NCBI GenBank assembly: GCA_036732755.1
Contig: DAINBU010000006.1
Coordinates: forward strand, 26,688-86,768
Reading direction: 5' to 3'
Length of the DNA: 60,081 bases
DNA from: Planctomycetota bacterium
GTDB lineage: Bacteria; Planctomycetota; B15-G4; SIAN01
Every line of letters begins with the position of its first letter. The first letter of the stretch is position 1. The translations under genes were made by a program, and so were the position numbers. The notes under the pieces were generated by a model. That model was given only the letters and a program-made list of their open reading frames with translations. It had not been told where the DNA came from and ran no database searches. Below are positions 17,050 to 24,425 of the stretch, piece after piece.

Positions 17050-20000
17050 TTGAGCTCGCCGCCTCCCACCGCCTTCGCCCCGTCCGGCTTCTTCGTCCTG
17101 CGCGCGCCGGCGCTGCCGTTCGCGGCGTTCGCGGGCGGCGAATCGGGCGAAGCGCCTCGCGAAAAGCTGCGCCGCCTCGTCGAGCGGCCCGACGTCCGCG
17201 AGGCGCTCTTCGTCGCCTCGCCCGACCTCGACGCGCGCCTCGAGACCTGGCGCAACGCCCCCGACTCGGAGGACGGCGCGCGCATCGAGCTGTCGCTCTG
17301 GCGCTACCTCGCGCGCATGGCCGGACGCGCGACGCCGTTCGGCCTGTTCGGGAGCTGCTCGCTCGGCGCGATCGGCGCGACGACTCATCTCGTCCTGGGC
17401 GATCGAATGCGCCGCCACACGCGGCTCGACATGGACTACGTCGTGCTGCTGGCCGACGCGCTCGCGCGCGACTCGGCGCTGCGGCCGCGGCTGCGCTTCC
17501 GTCCCAACTCGAGCCTCTACCGCGTCGGAGAGCGCTGGCGCTACCACGAGGTCCGGCGCGAGGCGAAGGGATGGGCGCACCGGCGCTGCGCCCTCGAGGC
17601 AGCCGACTACCTCGATCTGGTGCTCGCGCGGGCGCGCGGCGGCGCGACGATCGGCGAGCTCGTGGCCACGCTGCGCGAGCGCGACGCCGATGCGACCGAA
17701 GCTGAAACCGCGGAGTACGTCGACGCGCTGATCGACCAGCAGGTGCTCGTCTCCGAGCTCGTTCCGGCGATCACCGGAGACGAGCCGATCCACGACTGGA
17801 TCGCGCGGCTGCGCGCGACCGAGGGCGGCGCGGCCGCCGCCGAGCGGCTCGAAGCGGTCCGCGACGAGCTCGCCCGCTTCGACGCGGGCGGCCCGGGCGT
17901 CGCGCCCCCGCGCTACCGCGCGCTCGCCGCCGAGCTCGCCGCGCTGCCGGCGGAGGTCGACGTCGCGCGCACGTTCCAGGTCGACCTGTCGCGGCCGGCG
18001 CCCGACGCGGCGCTCGGGAGCGCCGTCGTCGAAGAGCTCCTGCGCGGCGTCGAGCTGCTGCGGAGGATCGCGCCGCGCCGCAACGACTCGCTCGCGAACT
18101 TCCGCCGCGCCTTCGGCGAGCGATTCGGCGACACGCCGGTGACGCGCGAGGTGCCGCTCTCCGAGGCGCTCGACGACGAGACGGGCGTGGGAGACGGCGG
18201 AACCGACGAGGTCGTGAGCGCGGCGCCGATCCTCGACGGCCTCGAGCTCGCCGCGGCCGAGGCGCCCGCGTCGTTCGGTGCGCGCGAGCGCCACCTCCTC
18301 GAGCGCGTGACCGCCCTGTTGCAGCGCGGCGCGACCGAATGGTCGCTCAGCGACGACGACGTGGAGAAGCTCGCCGTCGACGACCCGCCGCCGCTGCCCG
18401 ACGCCTTCGCCGCGCACGCGCGCATCGAGGCCTGGTCGGCCGAGGCGGTCGACCGCGGCGAATTCCGGCTGCTGCTCCAGGGCGCGAGCGGGCCGTCGGG
18501 CGCGCGCCTCCTCGGCCGTTTTGGCCACGCCGACCCTGAGCTCGCGGACGCGGTCGCGGGCCATCTGCGGGCCGAGGAGGCGCTGCGGCCCGACGCGCTC
18601 TTCGCGGAGATCGTCCATCTGCCCGAAGGACGCGTCGGCAACATCCTCGCGCGGCCGACCCATCGCCGCCACGAGATCCCCTACCTCGGCCGCTCCGGTC
18701 TGCCCGAGTCGAACCAGATCGAGCTCGGCGATCTGCTCGTCTCGGTACGCGGCGAGCGCGTCGTCCTGCGTTCGGCGCGGCACGGCTGCGAGGTGCTGCC
18801 GCGCCTCACCACGGCGCACAACTACACGGCGCAGCCCGGCGTCTACCGGTTCCTCTGCGGGCTGCAGGAGCAGGGGGTCGCCGGTGCTCTCGCGTGGAGC
18901 TGGGGCGCGCTCGCGAACTCGGCCTTCCTGCCACGCGTCACCTGCGGCCGTCTCGTGCTCGCGCGCGCACAGTGGCGCGTCGCGCGCGAGGAGACGGTGC
19001 GACTGCTCGAGGCCTGCGCGTCCGGTCGCGCCGCGGCGCTCGCCGCCTGGAGAGCGGAGCGCCGCCTCCCGCGCTGGGTCTGCCTGACCGAAGGCGACCA
19101 CGAGCTCCCGATCGACCTCGACGAGCCGGCGCTCGTCGCCACGCTGCTCGCGCAGATGCGCAGCGACGCGACGCTGACCGAGCTCTTCCCCGCGCCCGAC
19201 CGCCTCTGCGTCGCGGGACCGGAGGGGCGCCACGTCCACGAGATCCTCGTCCCGTTCGTGCGGTGCGCCGGCGCCGAAGCGCCGCGCCGCGTTCGTCCGT
19301 CGCCGCCGATGTCGAATGCCGCGCCGGCGGCCGCGGCCGCGCGCCGCTTCGTGCCCGGTTCCGAGTGGCTGACGGTCAAACTCTACGGCGGCGCGCTCGC
19401 GGTCGACGACCTGGTGCGCACGACGGTCGGGCCGCTCGCCGTCGAATGGGCCGCCGAAGGCGTCGCGCAGCGCTGGCATTTCGTCCGCTACGCCGATCCG
19501 CACGGCCACCTGCGGCTGCGCTTCGAGGGCGAGGCGCGCCGCCTCGAGCAGGAGCTCCTGCCGCGGCTGCGCAGAGCGGTCGCCCCGCTGCTCGATGCGG
19601 GCCGCCTCTGGAAGCTCCAGCTCGATACGTACGAACGCGAGATCGAGCGCTACGGCGGGCCGGAGGGGATCGTGCACTGCGAGGAGCTCTTCCACCGCGA
19701 CAGCGAGGCGATCGTCGAGCTCCTGCGCGACGCTCCGACCGAGGGCGACGGCGACCGCCGCTGGCGGCTCGCGCTGCTCGGCATGGACCGCCTCCTCGAC
19801 GACGTCGGACTCGATCTCGAGACGAAGCGCCGCACGCTGCTGCGGGCGCGCGACGCGTTCCACAAGGAGTTCAAGGCGAGCGACGCGGTCGCGCGGCAGA
19901 TCGGCGCGAAGTGGCGCGTCGAGTCGGCGGCGGTCGCGCGGCTGCTCGCCCCGGACGGCGACGAGGAGGACGCGTGGTCGCCGGCGCGCGCGGCGTTCGG

Positions 20001-20247
20001 GCGCCGGTCGGAGCGGAGCGCGGCCGCGCGCGCGGCGCTGCAGCGCGCGGCGGCGGACGGGAGCCTCGCCGCGCCGCTCGAGGAGATCGCGGCGGCGCTC
20101 CTCCACATGCACTGCAACCGGCTGCTGCGCGCGGCGGCGCGCACGCACGAGCTCGTGCTCTACGACTTCCTCCACCGCCACTACAAGGGACGCGTCGCGC
20201 GCGCCGCGAGCGAGCGGCGCAACGCGTCCGACGTCTACGTCGCGTAG
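17050..20247 (+). CDS. lanB: LanB-type lanthipeptide dehydratase, full length (N-terminal glutamylation domain plus C-terminal SpaB_C elimination domain)
   Basis: The N-terminal hallmark is GFFVLRAPALPF followed by LWRYLARMAGRATPFGLFG. The C-terminal elimination-domain signature is WLTVKLYGG...RWHFVRYADPHGHLRLRF...LDTYEREIERYGG. The in-frame TTG at 17050 is preceded by GGGAGGAGAGAGAGTC. The alternative ATG at 16930 would overlap precursor 3. Confidence 0.8.
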   Translation: MSSPPPTAFAPSGFFVLRAPALPFAAFAGGESGEAPREKLRRLVERPDVREALFVASPDLDARLETWRNAPDSEDGARIELSLWRYLARMAGRATPFGLFGSCSLGAIGATTHLVLGDRMRRHTRLDMDYVVLLADALARDSALRPRLRFRPNSSLYRVGERWRYHEVRREAKGWAHRRCALEAADYLDLVLARARGGATIGELVATLRERDADATEAETAEYVDALIDQQVLVSELVPAITGDEPIHDWIARLRATEGGAAAAERLEAVRDELARFDAGGPGVAPPRYRALAAELAALPAEVDVARTFQVDLSRPAPDAALGSAVVEELLRGVELLRRIAPRRNDSLANFRRAFGERFGDTPVTREVPLSEALDDETGVGDGGTDEVVSAAPILDGLELAAAEAPASFGARERHLLERVTALLQRGATEWSLSDDDVEKLAVDDPPPLPDAFAAHARIEAWSAEAVDRGEFRLLLQGASGPSGARLLGRFGHADPELADAVAGHLRAEEALRPDALFAEIVHLPEGRVGNILARPTHRRHEIPYLGRSGLPESNQIELGDLLVSVRGERVVLRSARHGCEVLPRLTTAHNYTAQPGVYRFLCGLQEQGVAGALAWSWGALANSAFLPRVTCGRLVLARAQWRVAREETVRLLEACASGRAAALAAWRAERRLPRWVCLTEGDHELPIDLDEPALVATLLAQMRSDATLTELFPAPDRLCVAGPEGRHVHEILVPFVRCAGAEAPRRVRPSPPMSNAAPAAAAARRFVPGSEWLTVKLYGGALAVDDLVRTTVGPLAVEWAAEGVAQRWHFVRYADPHGHLRLRFEGEARRLEQELLPRLRRAVAPLLDAGRLWKLQLDTYEREIERYGGPEGIVHCEELFHRDSEAIVELLRDAPTEGDGDRRWRLALLGMDRLLDDVGLDLETKRRTLLRARDAFHKEFKASDAVARQIGAKWRVESAAVARLLAPDGDEEDAWSPARAAFGRRSERSAAARAALQRAAADGSLAAPLEEIAAALLHMHCNRLLRAAARTHELVLYDFLHRHYKGRVARAASERRNASDVYVA

Positions 20248-21779
20248 CGCCCCGGCGAGAGGATCGAGCGCGGATCGCAGGCGAGCTTCAGGCGGCGGCG
20301 GAACGCCGCGTCGTCGCCGTTCGCCGCCGGCAGGAGCCGCATCGAGTTGACGCCGAGGCGATACGGGAAGAAGCCGCGGCGCGCGAGCCGGGCGTGCAGC
20401 CGGCGCGCGCAAGCGAGCGCGCGGCGGTCGTCGCGCGCGACGGCGCGGTCGAAGAAGAGCGGCACGACGAGGTGGGCGCTGCGCCCGTCGAGCGCCGTGA
20501 TCGTGATCATCGGCTCGAAGCCGCTCTCGGCGGTCGTCCGCTCGACGATGCGCACCGCCGCGGCGACGGCGCGCCCCGTCATCGGGACGACCGGGCTGCA
20601 CCAGATGGCGCCGCAGCGGTCGCGGTCGGGGTCGGGCTCGGCGGGCGGCGCGCTGCGCTTGCGCCAGTAGGTCGCGACCACGTCGCGCGAGACGCCGGGA
20701 CGGTGGAGCTCGGCCCACCCGTCGCCGCCGCGGCCGCGCAACTGCGCCTCGCGCGTGAAGACGACGCGGCCGCACGAGGCGGCGAGCGCGTCGCGCAGCA
20801 GCCGGCGCTCGGGCGCGCGGTGGCGCTCCGTCGCGTACTCGAGCGTCCCGGAGAGGGCCCAGGAGAAGGGCTTCGGCAGCAGCGCGCGCACCAGCGCGCG
20901 CGGCAGCACGCCATCGCCCTTCGTGATCGACCGCGGGTAGCGCGTCGCGGTGCTGAGCACGCGGTAGTCGTTGGTGAGCTTCACCGGGTTGCGCAGCACG
21001 CCGCGCAGCAGCAGCGGCCGCAGCGCGTCGATCGCGCGCGGCAGGTCGCGCGCGCTCCCGATCGTCGCGGCGATCCGGTCGCCGAGCTCCGGGATCGGCG
21101 AGAGCCAGAGGGTGAGGCGCGTCACCACGCCGAAGCTCGACTGGCTGAAGAGGCCGTCGACCCACGGGCCGACCCCCCAGCGATGGAGCGGCGCCGCCGT
21201 GGCGCCCGGCAGGCGCGCGAAGCCGGTGCGCACGCATTCGCCGGTCGGCAGCACGACCTCGAGCCCGCAGACGCCGTTGAAGCGGTCGCCGAGCGGGCCG
21301 TGGCCGAGCCCGCGCTCGAGGGCGTTGGCGAGCGGGCTCGTGTCGGGCGTGCTGCCGGTCGGGTTGGCGTGGAGCCGCGAGCGGCGCCGCCGCAGGAAGG
21401 CGTGGAGCTGGCGGAAGGTGACGCCCGGCTCGAGCGTGACGTAGCCGAGGCGCTCGTCGAACTCGACGATCCGGGACATCCGGGCGAGTTCCATCACGAC
21501 CGCGCCGTCGCGCACCGGCACGCGCGAGCCGTAGCCCCAGTTCTTGCCGCAGCTCACCGGATGGATCGGGACGCGGAAGCGGCCGGCGATCCGCAGGCAC
21601 GCCTGCACTTCGAGGCGCGACGCAGGGCGGAGCAGCGCCGGGATGCGCTGCGCGGTCTGGAAGGTCGCGCGCTCCGCCGAGCGCCGCGCCGCCGCCGCGG
21701 TCACGACGTGGGCGTCGCCGAGCGCCCGCCTCCAGAGGCGGAGCGCCGCCTCGAGCCGGGCGCGACGGGAGTGTTTCAC
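20235..21779 (-). CDS. FAD-linked oxidase (PCMH-type FAD-binding domain)
   Basis: The lower part of the 1389-aa minus ORF shows the FAD_binding_4 motif VPIHPVSCGKNWGYGSRVP..GAVVMELARMSRIV. The in-frame GTG start is at 21779 (VKHSRRARLE); no in-frame ATG is available. It is convergent with lanB and overlaps it by 13 nt. Confidence 0.65.
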   Translation of the reverse strand: MKHSRRARLEAALRLWRRALGDAHVVTAAAARRSAERATFQTAQRIPALLRPASRLEVQACLRIAGRFRVPIHPVSCGKNWGYGSRVPVRDGAVVMELARMSRIVEFDERLGYVTLEPGVTFRQLHAFLRRRRSRLHANPTGSTPDTSPLANALERGLGHGPLGDRFNGVCGLEVVLPTGECVRTGFARLPGATAAPLHRWGVGPWVDGLFSQSSFGVVTRLTLWLSPIPELGDRIAATIGSARDLPRAIDALRPLLLRGVLRNPVKLTNDYRVLSTATRYPRSITKGDGVLPRALVRALLPKPFSWALSGTLEYATERHRAPERRLLRDALAASCGRVVFTREAQLRGRGGDGWAELHRPGVSRDVVATYWRKRSAPPAEPDPDRDRCGAIWCSPVVPMTGRAVAAAVRIVERTTAESGFEPMITITALDGRSAHLVVPLFFDRAVARDDRRALACARRLHARLARRGFFPYRLGVNSMRLLPAANGDDAAFRRRLKLACDPRSILSPGRYAT

Positions 21780-22007
21780 GGGGGAGAAGACGCCGCGCGC
21801 CCCGGGGAGCGAACGGCGGATGTTCGACCGGCGGGGGCGATGGCGTCTCTCTCCCGGGCCGCCCCGGCGCAGCCCGGCAGCAACGGAGGCGTCATGGCGC
21901 GATGGTTCGAGTTCACCGACCGGATGCGGCCGCGCCGCCTCGCGCTCCTGCGCATCACCTACCTGATCGGCGTGCCGGCGCGCACGCCGCAGAACTGAGG
22001 CGCGCCC

Positions 22008-24389
22008 GTGCCCGTCGCCGCCCCGCCGCTCCCGCCCCGCCGCAGCGACCTGCGGGTCGAGCCGTTCGGCGAGAAGGGCGAGCACGTGGTGAAGGACCCG
22101 CGCTCGGGCGACTTCTTCCTGCTCGGGCAGCGCGAGCACTTCCTCCTGCTCCAGCTCGACGGGGAGCACAGCGCGACGGCGGTGCGCTCCGCCTACGAGC
22201 GGCGCTTCGAGGAGCCGCTGACCCCGGGCGACCTCGACGACTTCCTCGTGACCGCGGGCGAGCAGGGGATGCTCGCGACGTCGGCGCCCCCCGCCGCGCC
22301 GGCGAAGCAGAGCCTCCTCTTCTTCCGCAAGTCGCTCTTCGATCCCGACCGCCTCTTCACGCGCATCGAGCCGAAGCTGCGCTGGATCTGGACGAAGACG
22401 TTCCTCGTCCTCTCCGCGGTCGCGATCGCGGGCGGGGGAATGCTCCTCTTCGCGAACCGGGACGACCTGGTGGCGAGCCTGCGCGACTCGCTGCGCTGGG
22501 AGTCGCTCCTGGTCGGCTGGTTCGTGGTCGCGCTGCTCGGCGTGCTGCACGAGTGCTCGCACGGACTCACGTGCAAGCACTTCGGCGGCGCCGTCCACGA
22601 GATCGGCGCGCTCTTCCTCTACTTCACGCCGTGCTTCTACTGCAACGTCTCCGACGCGTGGCTCTTCAAGGAGAAGCGCAAGCGCGTCTGGGTCATGCTC
22701 GCCGGCGGCCACTGCGACCTGCTGGTCTGGGCGCTCGCGGTGGTCCTGTGGCGCGTCGCCGAGCCGGGCACGTTCATGAGCCGCGTCTCCTTCCTCGTGG
22801 TCGGGATCTCCGGCCTCGACACGCTCTCCAACTTCAACCCGCTCCTCAAGCTGGACGGCTACTACCTGCTCTCCGACTGGAAGGAGCTGCCGAACCTGCG
22901 GCAGCGCGCGCTCGAGCGCGCGGGAGCGCACGCGCGGCGCGTCCTGTGGGGCGCGGCCCCACCCGTCGCCGACACGAGCGGGCGCTTCCTCACGGCCTTC
23001 GGGCTGCTCACCTGGCTCTTCTCCGCGACCTTCCTGGTCGCGGCCGTCACGATCGGCGCGCGCTGGCTCCACGAGGTCGGCGGCGCCGCCGGCTACGTCG
23101 CGGCGGTCCTGCTCGCGCTGCCGGCCGTGCTCGCGTCGATCCGAGGCATTTCCGGTGGCGAGGTCACCCGCATGATCACCAAACGACGAATCCGGGCGTT
23201 CTGCTGGCTCCTCGCCCTCGTCGGCCTGGGCGCCGCGAGCGTCTTCTGGCGCGTCGACGAGTACTCCGGCGGGAGCTTCACGGTCCGCCCCGCCGTCCAC
23301 GCGGAGGTGCGCGCCCCCGTCGCCGGCTTCCTGCGCGCCGTCGCGGCGCAGGAGGGCGATCGCGTCGGCGCCGGCGACCTCGTCGCGCGCCTCGAGGTGC
23401 CCGACCTCGACTGCCGGATCGAGCAGAAGCGGGCCGAGCTGCGCGAGGCGAAGGCGCAGCTCTCGCTGCTCGAGACCGGGACGCGCCCCGAGGAGATCGT
23501 CGAGCAGCGCGGCCGCGTCGCGCGCGCCGGGCGCTGGCGCGACCTCGCGGCCGACGAGCTCACGCGGATGCGGAACGCCTTGACCGAGGAGCTCGCCGCC
23601 TTCGAACAGCGCCTCGCCGAGGCGCAGGTGCAGGTCGAGGCCTCCGACCTGCGCCACGACCGGATCGCGAAGCTCGCGGACGACGGCCTCGTGAGCCGCG
23701 AGGAGCTCGAGAGCGCCGACCAGGCGCGGCGGATCGCGCGGGCACGCCGCTCGGTCGTGCAGGCGGAGAAGCGCGCGCGCGAGTCGAGCGGGACGATCGA
23801 GGGCGAGGTCGAGCTGGCGCGCCGCGAGCGCGAGCTCGGCGACGAGACGTCGCGGCTCGCGCTGCTCGAGGCGGGCGCGCGGCCCGAGGAGCTCGCGGCG
23901 CAGCGGGCGCGCGTCGAGCGGCTCGGCGTCGAGCAGGACCACCTCGAGGCGCTGCAGCGGCGGCTCGAGGTCGCGAGCCCGGTCGCCGGCGCGATCGTGA
24001 CGCCGCGCCTGCGCGAGCGCGTCGGCCAGTACCTGCGCGAAGGCGACCCGATCTGCGTGGTCGAGGAGCACTCCGCGCCGGTGGCGGAGATCGCGCTGGA
24101 CGAGGAGAAGCTGCGCGGCATCGAGCTCGGGCAGCGCGTCGCGTTCAAGATCCGGGCGCTGCCGTTCACGACGCTCGAGGGGCGCGTCGTGCGCCTGGCA
24201 AGCTGCGCAGCGCGGGAAGACGGGCGCGCGCAGGGGACGGTGCTGGTGCACTGCTCGATCGACGGCGCGCCGCCGCTGCTGCGCACCGCGACCAGCGGCT
24301 ACGCGCGCATCTACACGGGGGAGCGACCCGTGGGAGCGGTCGTGCTCGACGCCGCGCTGCGGCTGTTCCGGACGGAGTTCTGGTGGTAG
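22008..24389 (+). CDS. Fusion protein: PqqD-like RiPP recognition element, site-2-protease-like M50 zinc metalloprotease and HlyD-family membrane-fusion domain
   Basis: The N-terminus is LRVEPFGEKGEHVVKDPRSGDFFLLGQREHFLLLQLDGEHSATAVRSAYERRF (PqqD/RRE-like). Then come TM helices with HECSHGLTCKHFGG (HExxH) and further polytopic helices. The C-terminal roughly 380 aa carries a HlyD-like coiled coil (LEVPDLDCRIEQKRAELREAKAQL...) and a beta-barrel. The start is GTG at 22008. Confidence 0.7.
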   Translation: MPVAAPPLPPRRSDLRVEPFGEKGEHVVKDPRSGDFFLLGQREHFLLLQLDGEHSATAVRSAYERRFEEPLTPGDLDDFLVTAGEQGMLATSAPPAAPAKQSLLFFRKSLFDPDRLFTRIEPKLRWIWTKTFLVLSAVAIAGGGMLLFANRDDLVASLRDSLRWESLLVGWFVVALLGVLHECSHGLTCKHFGGAVHEIGALFLYFTPCFYCNVSDAWLFKEKRKRVWVMLAGGHCDLLVWALAVVLWRVAEPGTFMSRVSFLVVGISGLDTLSNFNPLLKLDGYYLLSDWKELPNLRQRALERAGAHARRVLWGAAPPVADTSGRFLTAFGLLTWLFSATFLVAAVTIGARWLHEVGGAAGYVAAVLLALPAVLASIRGISGGEVTRMITKRRIRAFCWLLALVGLGAASVFWRVDEYSGGSFTVRPAVHAEVRAPVAGFLRAVAAQEGDRVGAGDLVARLEVPDLDCRIEQKRAELREAKAQLSLLETGTRPEEIVEQRGRVARAGRWRDLAADELTRMRNALTEELAAFEQRLAEAQVQVEASDLRHDRIAKLADDGLVSREELESADQARRIARARRSVVQAEKRARESSGTIEGEVELARRERELGDETSRLALLEAGARPEELAAQRARVERLGVEQDHLEALQRRLEVASPVAGAIVTPRLRERVGQYLREGDPICVVEEHSAPVAEIALDEEKLRGIELGQRVAFKIRALPFTTLEGRVVRLASCAAREDGRAQGTVLVHCSIDGAPPLLRTATSGYARIYTGERPVGAVVLDAALRLFRTEFWW

Positions 24390-24425
24390 CGCGCCTGCGG
24401 GCACTTCGTCGTTGCGGCGCGCCGG

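Noticed and set aside
16960-21600. 1546-aa minus-strand ORF
   Set aside because: It runs antisense across the whole lanB gene and is Arg/Ala/Pro-rich with no domains. lanB on the plus strand has clear Lant_dehydr hallmarks.
20235-24404. 1389-aa minus-strand ORF
   Set aside because: Only its last 514 codons (20235..21779) have a recognisable domain, the FAD oxidase. The upstream 875 codons are Arg/Ala/Glu-rich, have no in-frame ATG, and run antisense to the well-supported RRE-M50-HlyD gene.
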